From: Myxococcales bacterium
GTDB lineage: Bacteria; Myxococcota_A; UBA9042; JABWCM01; BTVJ01
Direction: 5' to 3'
NCBI GenBank assembly: GCA_045863395.1
Contig: BTVJ01000004.1
Coordinates: forward strand, 96,001-160,000
Length of the DNA: 64,000 nucleotides
A program made the position numbers and the translations under genes. The notes beneath the pieces were generated by a model. The model ran no database searches, had not been told where the DNA came from, and saw nothing but the letters and a program-made list of their open reading frames with translations. Below are positions 47,441 to 57,117 of the stretch, piece after piece; the stretch's first letter is position 1; the number at the start of each line of letters is the position of its first letter.

Positions 47441-48190
47441 TCACATCCCGGTAAACTCCTTGATCTCGTCCATCAGCACATCCAGGTCGGGGACGATGGC
47501 GGCACGCCCGCGCACCGTGACGACCCCGTCGCTGGCGAGCTGGTGCAGCGCACGCGAGACCGTCTCGCGGCGGGCGCGGAGCAGCGCCGCGAGGTCCGCT
47601 CGGCTGACCGGCAGCGTGATCACGAGCCGGCCGTCCGAGTCGACGGAGCCGTGGTGGTCTCGCAACGAGAGGAGCAGCGCAGCCACGCGGGCGCGCACCG
47701 GCATGACGGCCTGTCGGAGCAGCTCGCCCTCTGCGCACTCCAGTTCGCCGCCGACGCGGCGCAGCACGTCGATGAGCACGTCGCGGCTCTGCTCGGTCAC
47801 ACGATCCATGGTGTCACCGTTGATGAAGCAGGCGCGGCTCTCGCAGAGGGCACAGGCCGTCGTCCAGGCCGGCGTCCCGCAGAAGTACTCGGCGTGGCCC
47901 AGCAGGCAGCCGGGGCCAGCCAGGGCGACGATGATGCCGTTTCCGCTGGCGTCCTCCTTGCGAAGCGCCACGGTCCCCGACTGGACGCAGAACAGGCCGA
48001 GCGGACGCGTGTCCTCGTGGAAGACCACCTGCCCGGGGCCGTAGAGCCGCACCTCCTTGCCGTCGCTCAAGATGTGGAGGACGTCCTCCGGCAGCGACGC
48101 CCAGGCCGACGAGGCGCGAGCCCGACACCCGTGACAGCTCCGCGTTCTAGCGTTCGACTCCGCCCCCACATGCTCGGCTTCGTGCCCCAT
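47441..48190 (-). CDS. Crp/Fnr-family transcriptional regulator
   Basis: cNMP-binding fold (GQVVFHED..GLFCVQSGTV), RARVAALLL, HTH SRADLAALLRARRETVSRAL, N-terminal CHGC. Confidence 0.9.
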   Translation of the reverse strand: MGHEAEHVGAESNARTRSCHGCRARASSAWASLPEDVLHILSDGKEVRLYGPGQVVFHEDTRPLGLFCVQSGTVALRKEDASGNGIIVALAGPGCLLGHAEYFCGTPAWTTACALCESRACFINGDTMDRVTEQSRDVLIDVLRRVGGELECAEGELLRQAVMPVRARVAALLLSLRDHHGSVDSDGRLVITLPVSRADLAALLRARRETVSRALHQLASDGVVTVRGRAAIVPDLDVLMDEIKEFTGM

Positions 48191-48320
48191 GGTCCGCGCC
48201 AACCCCCCATGTCGGCCAATCGCCCCCGCAGACGCAGTCCAAGATGATCAGCATGGGCCGCACCGCAACCCCTGGCCCGTACACAGTGGTCCTCGCCCGG
48301 GCGCAGCCACGGACAGGCCC

Positions 48321-49175
48321 CTACTCGCACATGCAGTTGTCGCCCACGCACACTCCGCCCGCGCTGCCCTTGGCCTTGCAGCCCGCGTCGCAGTCTCCCT
48401 CGTCGCACTCGTACCCGCCCTTGGACGGGCAGTGGAAGGAGGCCTCCACTTGAAGCAGCGTACACGCAGTAGCTGAATACGCATCGACGGGGGTCCACAT
48501 GACGTCGGCGGTCACGGCGCACGTCCCCAGCACCACCGAGCACCCACCGTGGACGAGGCGCAGGGCGGCGACCGACGGCGTGCCCTCGTTGGTGAAGCGG
48601 AGCAGCAGGGACCGGATGCGCCAGCCCGTGCCATAGGGGTCATCCTGGCTGGCGGACGCGATCACGTCCAGGTCGGGGTGGATCTTCGCCAGGCCGTCGA
48701 CCACTTCGTCGGCGAGGCTGACCTCGTCCCAGCTCGTCCCCTGGACGCTGCCTGAGATGATCATCAGGCCGGTGTGGCGCGTGTCGTCCGAGACCCACTG
48801 CCAGATCCAGTCGGACGGGATCGCCTGCCACGAGGGCGTATAGATCACGCAGCCCGACTCACCGAGCATGGACATGGCCCAGCCGCCCGGGACGGTCAGA
48901 GAGGACACCTGCGGGCAGGCCGCGGCGACCTGGAGCATCCACGCGGCGAGGGCGTCACCGTCCGTGAACGCCGGCGGCGGCCCGACGACCGGTCCGGCAT
49001 CGCCAGCGATGCCCGTGTCTGAGCCGGCCCCACCCCCGGCGCCCGCGTCCACGCCGGCGGCCCCCCCGTCCACCCCGCCCCCGTTCCCCCCTGGAGGATC
49101 GAAGATTCCTCCGTCGTCCTGCGGCGCCTCACACGACAGCGCCGCCGCCAAGGCGAGCACCATCCAGCGCTTCAT
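48321..49175 (-). CDS. Lipoprotein with a C-terminal defensin-like (CS-alpha-beta) Cys motif
   Basis: GAGGAGG RBS, lipobox ALSC, tail CDEGDCDAGC...GGVC....CMC. Confidence 0.7.
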   Translation of the reverse strand: MKRWMVLALAAALSCEAPQDDGGIFDPPGGNGGGVDGGAAGVDAGAGGGAGSDTGIAGDAGPVVGPPPAFTDGDALAAWMLQVAAACPQVSSLTVPGGWAMSMLGESGCVIYTPSWQAIPSDWIWQWVSDDTRHTGLMIISGSVQGTSWDEVSLADEVVDGLAKIHPDLDVIASASQDDPYGTGWRIRSLLLRFTNEGTPSVAALRLVHGGCSVVLGTCAVTADVMWTPVDAYSATACTLLQVEASFHCPSKGGYECDEGDCDAGCKAKGSAGGVCVGDNCMCE

Positions 49176-49287
49176 GTCACAGCCTCCTCGCGGCGCACGG
49201 CCGCAGCCCACCCCGATCACGGTAGGCAGGGTGCGGTGTCGTGTCGCGGGATGAAGGGGGACGGGGCCCGACGCGTGGGATGGCGGA

Positions 49288-50355
49288 CTACTCGCTCGGC
49301 AGCCCCGCCAGGAGCGCCTCGACCTCGGCCAGCTTCGCGATGACGGGCTCGCGCTCCGCGTACGCCAGCGACCGCTTGTAGGCGTCGGCCGCCTTGCCGA
49401 GAGGCTCGCGCTTGTACTTGGGGAGGTTGCTCTCGCAGCCGAGGCGGTGCGCCTCGCCGATGTTGTACCACACCTGCGCCAGGAACCTGGCGTCGGTGGA
49501 GTGCTTGACCGCCTTGTCGAAGTCCTCCAGGGCCGCGATGTAGTCGATGGAGCTGGACGACGTCTTGCGCCGCTCCAGGTAGAGCTGGAGGGTGGCGTAG
49601 CCGCGGCCCGACCAGGCCTCGGCCGCCTCCGGCGCGAAGGCGAGGGCCTGCGTGAAGGCCGTCCAGGCGTCGCTGGGCCGGCTCTTCGTCAGCTTCCGTC
49701 CGAGCTCCACCCACGGGGACGCCAGCTTCTGCGGCGAGTCGCCCTCTGCGCCCGCGCACCGCGCGACGTCCGCGAAGGGGCGCGTGCCAGACTCGTCGTA
49801 GGTGCGGTAGGTGAACTCGGTGTCCGTCAGCTCCCACTCCGGCGCGTCGGGCCCGGCGCTGTGCGGCAGGGTGTAGGCGGCCTGGACGACCACGCGACCC
49901 GTCCGCCCGTCGATCAACCACTGGGTGTAGTCGGACTCGGGGTGGGCCGGGAGGCCCGGCTCCTCGTCGCCCTCCTCGATGATGTCCTGCGTGCCCATGG
50001 ACACGACCACCCAGGGCCCCCTGGCGGAGCTCATGACCCAGTGGTTGAGCCGGGTCCTGGCATCCTTGGACAGTCGGTCGGGGAATCGGATCACGCCCTT
50101 CTGCCCCTTGACGAAGAGATCGTCGCCGCGGGGTGTGGAGACGAGCCTCGCTGCCTCGCTACCAAACGGGTCGGCGTCGCCCTCCGGGGCCGCGACGCCG
50201 GCCGCCTTGGCGGCCTCCGCCCAGGTCCCGTGGACGGCGCCCTTGATGGCGGCCCAGGTGACGTTGCTCTCCTGGATGAGGCAGGTCTCGTCCGCCGGAG
50301 CAGCGACGGCGGATCCGGCGAGGAGGGTGACGAAGACAACGGCTGTTCGGCGCAT
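49288..50355 (-). CDS. Secreted TPR-containing protein
   Basis: Signal peptide (AVA), and TPR-like AFTQALAFAPEAAEAWSGRG, ALEDFDKAV, WYNIGEAH, AADAYKRSL. Confidence 0.7.
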   Translation of the reverse strand: MRRTAVVFVTLLAGSAVAAPADETCLIQESNVTWAAIKGAVHGTWAEAAKAAGVAAPEGDADPFGSEAARLVSTPRGDDLFVKGQKGVIRFPDRLSKDARTRLNHWVMSSARGPWVVVSMGTQDIIEEGDEEPGLPAHPESDYTQWLIDGRTGRVVVQAAYTLPHSAGPDAPEWELTDTEFTYRTYDESGTRPFADVARCAGAEGDSPQKLASPWVELGRKLTKSRPSDAWTAFTQALAFAPEAAEAWSGRGYATLQLYLERRKTSSSSIDYIAALEDFDKAVKHSTDARFLAQVWYNIGEAHRLGCESNLPKYKREPLGKAADAYKRSLAYAEREPVIAKLAEVEALLAGLPSE

Positions 50356-50588
50356 GGGGCAGATCCTCGTTGGGGTGCGATGAGCGAGGATGACACAGCA
50401 GGAGGAGGCTCATGTCAACCGGACCGAAGGATCGAGGAAGGATCGAGAGTGGACCCGGGGACCCGCGCCCGCCGCGACCCGGGACGCGAACACACGTTCG
50501 CGGCAGCGCGACGCACGGATCGCGGCCCGCCTCCCCCAGCGGAGCCGGATCCCCAGCCTGCGTCATGCGTTGCACCGAGGGCGCGCCC

Positions 50589-50604
50589 GGGCATGGACCT
50601 TGCT
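50589..50604 (+). promoter_or_regulatory. Candidate sigma54 promoter
   Basis: GGGCATGGACCTTGCT: GG-N10-GC with a TTGCT -12 box, 30 nt upstream of ATG 50635. Confidence 0.55.
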
Positions 50605-50634
50605 TTGCCACGGCGCACGCAACGGAGGCACCCC

Positions 50635-51282
50635 ATGCGAACCGCCCTCATCCTCGCGCTGCTCCTCGCCCCGACAGTCGCCGCCGCCGACACCAGCGAC
50701 GGCGAGCACTTCGAGGTAACCCTCGGCTTCATGGTCGGCCAGCGGGCCTACGACAAGCTCCCCTTCGGCCACACGGATGGCCCATCCGACCTCCTGGGCG
50801 GGCGGCTCCCCGGGGTCGTCACCGCCGGGGCATCCCTCGACGACGTGCTGGTCTACGGCCTGCACTGGGACCTGCGCCTCGTGGTCAGCCACATCCGCAT
50901 GACCCTGGGCTTCGACCTGCCCTTCCCGGACCCCGACGCCTACGCGACGACCCGCACGCACACCATCGGCGGCGTCGACCGGGACGTCGCGGTCCTCGAC
51001 GTGGCCCCCTACGAGCTGCGCTTCGGCCTCGGCGGAGAGATCCCCGCCGGCATCGTCGTGCCCTTCATCGATCTGATCGGCGCCGTCCACTGGGTGGACC
51101 TGGAGCTGGCCAGCGGCGCGGACACCATCCGCTACGACGCGACCCGCTTCGGGTTCTCGGTCCGCGGCGGCGCCCGCCTCTACGTGGACGAGCCGGTCTT
51201 CATCGAGGTGGCGGGTGAGGCCGGCATCGTCGGAGACACCATCTGGAGCGCTACCCTCGCGGTCGGCTTCTCGACTGACTGA
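50635..51282 (+). CDS. Small outer-membrane beta-barrel-like protein
   Basis: GGAGG RBS, signal peptide, about 8 amphipathic strands (LRFGLGGE, FGFSVRGGARLY, WSATLAVGF). Confidence 0.65.
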   Translation: MRTALILALLLAPTVAAADTSDGEHFEVTLGFMVGQRAYDKLPFGHTDGPSDLLGGRLPGVVTAGASLDDVLVYGLHWDLRLVVSHIRMTLGFDLPFPDPDAYATTRTHTIGGVDRDVAVLDVAPYELRFGLGGEIPAGIVVPFIDLIGAVHWVDLELASGADTIRYDATRFGFSVRGGARLYVDEPVFIEVAGEAGIVGDTIWSATLAVGFSTD

Positions 51283-51303
51283 GCTTCGTTCGCCCCAAGA
51301 TGA

Positions 51304-53283
51304 CTACTGGCAGGCGTCCCCGACCCCGTCCTTGTTGACGTCCTTCTGCGACGGATTGTGGATGAGCGGGCAGTTGTCGATGACGTCCGGCACACCGTCC
51401 TCGTCGTTGTCGTTGGCGCAGGCGTCCCCCACGCCGTCGAAGTTCGTGTCCTTCTGGTCCGGGTTGGGGATGAACGGGCAGTTGTCCTTGCCATTCGGGG
51501 CCCCGTCGCCGTCGTAGTCGTTCTCGCAGGCATCTCCGTGGCCGTCGCCATCGGTGTCGGTCTGGTCCGGGTCGGGCACGAGGGGGCACAGGTCCACGCC
51601 ATTTCCCACCCCGTCGCCGTCGAAGTCTCCCTCGCAGGCGTCTCCCTGGCCATTCTGGTTGGAGTCCTTCTGCGTCGGGTTCGCGACGATGAAGCAGTTG
51701 TCGCAGAAGTCTCCCCACCCGTCGCCATCCACGTCGTGCTGAGACGGGTTCGAGTTGTACGGACAGTTGTCCAGAGAGTCCACGACCCCGTCTCCGTCCC
51801 AGTCGGAGCAGACGTCTCCGGTGCCGTCCAGGTTGAAGTCCGCCTGGTTCGGGTTGTGGACCCCCGGGCAGTTGTCGACCACGTCCGGCACTCCATCTCC
51901 GTCGTAGTCCGACTCGCAAGCGTCTCCGACCTTGTTGCCGTTCTTGTCTGCCTGATCCGGGTTGTAGAGCCAGTAGCAGTTGTCGATCTTGTCCGGGACG
52001 CCGTCTCCGTCGATGTCGTTCTCGCACGCATCCCCATCCCCGTCGCCGTCCGTGTCTTTCTGGTCCGGGTTGTGCACGAGCAGGCAGTTGTCGAGGAAGT
52101 TCGGGACCCCGTCCCCGTCGAAGTCTCCCTGGCAGGCGTCTCCCTGGCCGTCCTTGTTGCTGTCCTTCTGGTTCGGGTTCGCGACGAGCAGGCAGTTGTC
52201 GCACAGGTCTCCGTGGCCGTCTCCGTCCTTGTCCGCCTGCGACGGGTTGTTATAGGCCGGGCAGTTGTCCACCGCGTCCTTCACCCCGTCGCCGTCCCAG
52301 TCCGAGCAGGCGTCGCCCACGCCGTCCTTGTTCCAGTCTGCCTGCGCGGGATCGTAGACGGAGGGGCACGTGTCGATCTGGTCCGGGACCCCGTCCTGGT
52401 CCGAGTCCACGTCGCAGGAGTCTCCAAGGCCGTCTCCGTCCGTGTCTGCCTGATCCGGGTTCGGGATTCCCGGGCAGTTGTCGACTGGGTTCGGGACGCC
52501 GTCGCCGTCGAAGTCGTTCTCGCAGGCGTCTCCCTGGCCGTCTCCGTCGGAGTCTGTCTGGTCCGGGTTGGCCACGGCCGGGCAGTTGTCCTCGCCGTCC
52601 TCCACGCCGTCGCCGTCCACGTCCTCCTCACAGGCGTCGCCCCGCCCGTCGCCGTCGCCGTCCGTCTGATCCGCGTTCGCCACCAGGTGGCAGTTGTCGC
52701 AGAAGTCGCCGATCCCGTCGCCGTCCACGTCGCTCTGCCCGGGATTGTGGAGCTGCGGGCAGTTGTCGTCCGCATCCGGCACGCCGTCGCCGTCCTGATC
52801 GCCCGGCGCCGCATCGTAGACCGAGGTGGTGTCGGGCTGTCCCGCATCGGGAGAGGCGTCGCCTCCAGCGTCCGGGGACCCTCCGTCCGGCCCGTCACCA
52901 CCGCCGTCTCCCCCGACATCGCTGGCGCCGCCGGCGTCGCCACCACCGGCATCGCCGGGCCCCCCTCCGTCGCCGGCGCTGGCCGCGCCGTCCCCTCCCG
53001 GCGCATCGCCCGCCGGACCCACCGCGTCGCCTTCCTCGCCCCGCGTCCCCGCGTCCAGCGGGTCGAGGCCGAGCGGGACGCACTCCTTCAGGGCAGGGTC
53101 ACACCAGGTGCCACCGGGGCAGTCGAGGTGGTCCTGGCACGGGCCCCCGGCCGCGGTGACGCACTCCCCGTGGTAGCACACCTGCCCGCCCTCGCACTCG
53201 TCGTGGCTCGCACAGGCAGGCGCCGTGCCGTCGTCCGCACAGCCTACGAGGGCGACTGCGATCAAGAGGAGAGTGCGCATCAT
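51304..53283 (-). CDS. Lipoprotein with 15 thrombospondin type-3 (Ca-binding) repeats
   Basis: Lipobox LVGC, small Cys-rich domain, G/D linker, 15 DxDGDGxxDxxDNCPxxxNPxQxD units. Confidence 0.9.
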   Translation of the reverse strand: MMRTLLLIAVALVGCADDGTAPACASHDECEGGQVCYHGECVTAAGGPCQDHLDCPGGTWCDPALKECVPLGLDPLDAGTRGEEGDAVGPAGDAPGGDGAASAGDGGGPGDAGGGDAGGASDVGGDGGGDGPDGGSPDAGGDASPDAGQPDTTSVYDAAPGDQDGDGVPDADDNCPQLHNPGQSDVDGDGIGDFCDNCHLVANADQTDGDGDGRGDACEEDVDGDGVEDGEDNCPAVANPDQTDSDGDGQGDACENDFDGDGVPNPVDNCPGIPNPDQADTDGDGLGDSCDVDSDQDGVPDQIDTCPSVYDPAQADWNKDGVGDACSDWDGDGVKDAVDNCPAYNNPSQADKDGDGHGDLCDNCLLVANPNQKDSNKDGQGDACQGDFDGDGVPNFLDNCLLVHNPDQKDTDGDGDGDACENDIDGDGVPDKIDNCYWLYNPDQADKNGNKVGDACESDYDGDGVPDVVDNCPGVHNPNQADFNLDGTGDVCSDWDGDGVVDSLDNCPYNSNPSQHDVDGDGWGDFCDNCFIVANPTQKDSNQNGQGDACEGDFDGDGVGNGVDLCPLVPDPDQTDTDGDGHGDACENDYDGDGAPNGKDNCPFIPNPDQKDTNFDGVGDACANDNDEDGVPDVIDNCPLIHNPSQKDVNKDGVGDACQ

Positions 53284-53379
53284 GGGAGACCTCCGGGCGC
53301 CTCCACGGGCGCGCGGCCAGTCTAGCGCCAAGACACGCCGGAGGTCGAGCACGGGTCGCAGCGCCGACTGATCGATTTC

Positions 53380-53408
53380 TTGACCCACAAGTCAGCATAT
53401 CGTAGAAG
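53380..53408 (+). promoter_or_regulatory. Candidate sigma70 promoter
   Basis: TTGACC-N17-TAGAAG upstream of the 53571 gene. Confidence 0.3.
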
Positions 53409-53570
53409 CCCGGTCGGTGGAGGGAGCGCCCCGGGTCTTGGCGGAACCAGCAGTCGTCACATCCGGAGCCTCCAGTCGGGCGCCTCGTCAGGTGCTCCAC
53501 TCTCCGGTCGGGTCGCGGAGCGGCCGGCGGAGACGTCACGGCCCGCTCCGCAGCGCGAAGGGAGACAGTC

Positions 53571-55580
53571 ATGCGACAGATGTGGAGATGGACGCTGGTC
53601 CTCGCCCTCACCGGGGCACCGCTCGTGGGGTGCGACTCGGAGAGCGGAGCCGGGGACGCCGCGGGCGGGCAGCAAGGCTCGGATACGCAGACCCAGGGCG
53701 GGGACACGGGCGGAACGGGCAACGACGACACCGGCGGAGCGAGCGACGGCCCCTTCTCGGTGACGGGCTTCAACGCCGCCGCCGTCACGTCCGGCGGCAC
53801 CTACACGCAGATCAATCTGGACGGAATCCCGCCGTACAGCATGGCGAACGCCGACTTCACGGTCACCAACGTCTCAGACGCTCCCGTCACCATCCAGGAC
53901 GTGGCCCTGACCCCCGTGGCCCCCACCGAGTCCATCGAGTGGACGGTCAACGAGCCGGGGTCGGTGAGCCTGAAGCCCATGCCCGTCACCGACCGCACCC
54001 TGGCCGCGGGCGAGGCGCTGTCCTTCGGGCTCTACTTCATGCCGCTGGCCTCGGGGCCCCGCAACGTGCAGGTGACCATCAACTACGGCGCGGGCCAGGC
54101 CTTCACGTGGACCGTCGAGGCCCGCGGGCGTGACAACGCCACGCTGAGCCCGGTGGTGTCGAGCGGCCTGGAGCGCCTCTTCGGGCGGTCCAACGTCGAG
54201 AAGTCCAACAGCGTGCAGCCCGGCGGGCTCGCCGCGGACCCCGCCGGCAACGTGTACTTCAACGTCAACGCCAACCAGTGGGACGACAAGTTCAACCTGA
54301 ACCTCGTCCTGGCCCGCGTGAGCGCCAACGGCACCCTGGACTGGGTCCGCGAGCTGCAAGAGGACTACATCCAGGAGTGCCGCGACATCGGCGACAACGG
54401 CGAGGTGGGCGGCGGCCAGAGCTCCATCGGGGTCTCCGACGGCGACGTGTTCCTCGCGGCGCAGCGCGCCCTGTCGGCCACGGCCGCCTTCCAGGCGCTC
54501 GCCATGCGGGTCGACGGCGCGACGGGCGCCCTGGAGTGGGCGACGGCCCTGACCACCAGCGCGGACCCGAGCCCGCCGACCGCCGCCAAGGTCCTGCGGG
54601 GCCAGTCCATCGACGCGTCCCTGCCGGACCGGGTCCTCGTCGCGGGCCAGGTCGCCGACAGCGCGGGCGCCTTCCTCGCGGCGCTCGACAAGACCGACGG
54701 CTCCATCCTCTGGGCGCGCACCTTCACGGTGGGCGGCGTGCACCGGATCATGTCCCTGTCCGTGGACGGCGGCTCTGCGTACCTGGGCGGCATCGCGAGC
54801 AACGCGCCGCTCCTCGCCCGCATCGACGGGGTGGGCGGCGACGCGCCGACCCTCGCCTGGGCCCGGAGCTACGGGCCGAGCTTCGCCAACGTGCACGCGC
54901 TCACCCCACACGGCGACGGCCTGCTGGTCGCCATCGACGTCCGGGGCGCGCAGACCATGTTCCTGGGCGCGCGGGTCGCCAAGGCGGACGGCGCGGTGGT
55001 CTGGTCCAAGGTGTGGGACCCGAACAACGCCGGCGACAACAACAACACCCTGACGGTGGCCGTCCACGGCGGGCGCGCGGTCTTCGCGGGCCGAATCGCC
55101 TTCACCCCCTTCGACACCCAGGGCGGCGAGGGCTTCCTGCTGGCCCTCGACCCCATGACCGGCGCCTATGGCTGGGGCACCTTCCACTACGGCGGCAAGG
55201 GCGCCGAGGAGATGGTCTTCGACCACATCACCGGCCTGGTCTCTACGAGCCAGGGGCTGTGGGCGCTGCACCAGCAGACCCCCGGCAGCAAGAACCAGCA
55301 CCACTTCTGGGGCCGCTGGTATCAGGCCAACGACGACACGCTGGAGCTCCCCGGGGGCGACGGCAGCGGGCGCCTGGCCGACGGCAACCTGAGCGCCAAG
55401 GCGTCCGCGGCGGCGGACCTCACCGACCTCGTGGACATCACCGCCCACGCCGTGGAGAACGCCGATCAGGTGTGGTCGGACCAGACCACCACGGTGGATC
55501 TGCTGGAGCCCGTGCAGGCGGAGCGGGACGGCTACCAGACGGGCACGCACGCCCTGCTCCAGCGCCTGGTGATCAAGTAG
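53571..55580 (+). CDS. Lipoprotein with an Ig-like domain and a probable beta-propeller
   Basis: Lipobox LVGC, FTVTNVSDAPVTI Ig-like segment, repeated DGxxGxxxWxR blades. Confidence 0.7.
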   Translation: MRQMWRWTLVLALTGAPLVGCDSESGAGDAAGGQQGSDTQTQGGDTGGTGNDDTGGASDGPFSVTGFNAAAVTSGGTYTQINLDGIPPYSMANADFTVTNVSDAPVTIQDVALTPVAPTESIEWTVNEPGSVSLKPMPVTDRTLAAGEALSFGLYFMPLASGPRNVQVTINYGAGQAFTWTVEARGRDNATLSPVVSSGLERLFGRSNVEKSNSVQPGGLAADPAGNVYFNVNANQWDDKFNLNLVLARVSANGTLDWVRELQEDYIQECRDIGDNGEVGGGQSSIGVSDGDVFLAAQRALSATAAFQALAMRVDGATGALEWATALTTSADPSPPTAAKVLRGQSIDASLPDRVLVAGQVADSAGAFLAALDKTDGSILWARTFTVGGVHRIMSLSVDGGSAYLGGIASNAPLLARIDGVGGDAPTLAWARSYGPSFANVHALTPHGDGLLVAIDVRGAQTMFLGARVAKADGAVVWSKVWDPNNAGDNNNTLTVAVHGGRAVFAGRIAFTPFDTQGGEGFLLALDPMTGAYGWGTFHYGGKGAEEMVFDHITGLVSTSQGLWALHQQTPGSKNQHHFWGRWYQANDDTLELPGGDGSGRLADGNLSAKASAAADLTDLVDITAHAVENADQVWSDQTTTVDLLEPVQAERDGYQTGTHALLQRLVIK

Positions 55581-55630
55581 AGCGCCCTCGCTGCCTTGAT
55601 CCACGCCCCTCCTGCGCGTAGAACGCGCCC

Positions 55631-56497
55631 ATGGACCTGAGCCCCACCCCGCTGCCCGCCCTGCGCCACCTGGTCGACGAGACCGAGGCGTTCCTCATTG
55701 ACTGCGACGGCGTCCTCTGGAACGCCGGGAGCCTGATCCCCGGAGCGGCCGAGGCCCTGCTCGCCTTGCGCCTGCGGGGCAAGCGCCTCTTCTACGTGAC
55801 CAACAACAGCAGCAAGTCGCGCCAGACCATGGTGGAGCGCCTCGCCGCCATGGGGGTGCCGGCGCGCCAGGACGAGATCTACACGTCGGCGTGGCTCGCC
55901 GCGCGCATCGCTGCCCAGCGGGGCGTCCGCAAGGCCTACGTCATGGGCGGCGAGGGCATCGTCGTGGAGCTCGCTGCCCGCGGCATCGCCAGCGCGGGGG
56001 GCCCTGACGAGCCCATGGAGGCCGTGACCCAGGCGGACTTCGCGGCGCTCCCCGTGGACCCGGACATCGGCGCGGTCATCGTGGGCTGGGACGTGCGGCT
56101 GTCGTACGGCAAGCTGTGCCGCGCAGCGCTCCACCTGCAGGTGGTCCCGGGGTGCCTGTTCATCGCGACCAACCGGGACGCCGCAATCCTGTCCGGGGGG
56201 CGCCTGATGCCCGGCGGCGGCTCCATGGTCGCCGCGGTGGAGGCGGCGACGGGGATCCGGCCCCTCCTCGCGGGGAAGCCAGGCACCGAGGTCGTCGACT
56301 GCGTGGTCGCCGACCACGGCCTGGACCGCGGGCGCCTGTGCATGATCGGTGACCGCATGGACACGGACATGGCGCTGGCAGCCGCCGCGGGGATCGCCTC
56401 GCTGCTCGTCCTCACGGGGATCACCAGCGTCGCCGACACGCCCCCGCCTGGGGTCGCCCCGACGGCGGTCGCGCCGAGCATCGCGGCGCTGGCCTGA
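55631..56497 (+). CDS. HAD-IIA phosphatase (phosphoglycolate/4-nitrophenyl phosphatase type)
   Basis: FLIDCDGVLW, VTNNS, FIATNRD, GKP, MIGDRMDTD, LVLTGIT. Confidence 0.92.
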   Translation: MDLSPTPLPALRHLVDETEAFLIDCDGVLWNAGSLIPGAAEALLALRLRGKRLFYVTNNSSKSRQTMVERLAAMGVPARQDEIYTSAWLAARIAAQRGVRKAYVMGGEGIVVELAARGIASAGGPDEPMEAVTQADFAALPVDPDIGAVIVGWDVRLSYGKLCRAALHLQVVPGCLFIATNRDAAILSGGRLMPGGGSMVAAVEAATGIRPLLAGKPGTEVVDCVVADHGLDRGRLCMIGDRMDTDMALAAAAGIASLLVLTGITSVADTPPPGVAPTAVAPSIAALA

Positions 56498-57082
56498 TCA
56501 CTCGGTCTCGTTGTCCACGAAGAAGGCCGCCGAGCCGTACATGGCGCACTCGGCGTTGTTGGCCTGCGGGTCCCCGAAGCCCAGGCGCTGGAAGGTGGAC
56601 TGGTTGCCGTCGCAGTCCAGGTCCCCGTAGGCTGACGCCGTGAAGGTCGCCGCGCTGAGGGTCCCGTCACTGTCGAAGGCGTAGACGAAGTAGTGCTCGT
56701 CGTTCATCTGGAAGGACAGCCCCGACCAGGTCGGCACGTCGGTCCAGACATACGGGTCCGCGTCGCACCGGTCGTCGTTGTTGGCGTCCGGCCCCCCGAA
56801 CACCTTGCAGCAGGTCGCGTTGATGGGCGTGACGCCCTGCGGGGCCGGGAACTGGCATGGCGCCTTCTCGCCCGTGTTGTGCAGGTGGGCCGCAGTGTAG
56901 TAGTGGGCCGCACCCTTGTAGATCTTGTCCAGCTCGTCGATGGCCTCGGCGGTCTTGGCCCTCCGCATGTACTTGATGAAGGCGGGGACGGCCACCACCG
57001 CCAGGATCGCCAGGATGGCGACCACGATCATCAGCTCGATCAGCGTGAATCCCCTCTGCTCCCGACGCGCCCGCAACCACAT
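56498..57082 (-). CDS. pilA: Type IVa pilin (PilA-like)
   Basis: Prepilin leader ...EQRG|FTLIELMIVVAILAILA, with deltaproteobacterial FIKYMRRAKTAEA and FTASAYGDLDCDG. Confidence 0.85.
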   Translation of the reverse strand: MWLRARREQRGFTLIELMIVVAILAILAVVAVPAFIKYMRRAKTAEAIDELDKIYKGAAHYYTAAHLHNTGEKAPCQFPAPQGVTPINATCCKVFGGPDANNDDRCDADPYVWTDVPTWSGLSFQMNDEHYFVYAFDSDGTLSAATFTASAYGDLDCDGNQSTFQRLGFGDPQANNAECAMYGSAAFFVDNETE

Positions 57083-57117
57083 GAGACTCCCTCCGCGTGA
57101 AGACGCCAGGGCGCCGG

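Noticed and set aside
50635..53283. Beta-barrel plus TSP3 repeats as a TraA/TraB kin-recognition locus
   Set aside because: The genes are convergent and separate. There is no OmpA C-terminal domain and no adjacent TraA-like gene.
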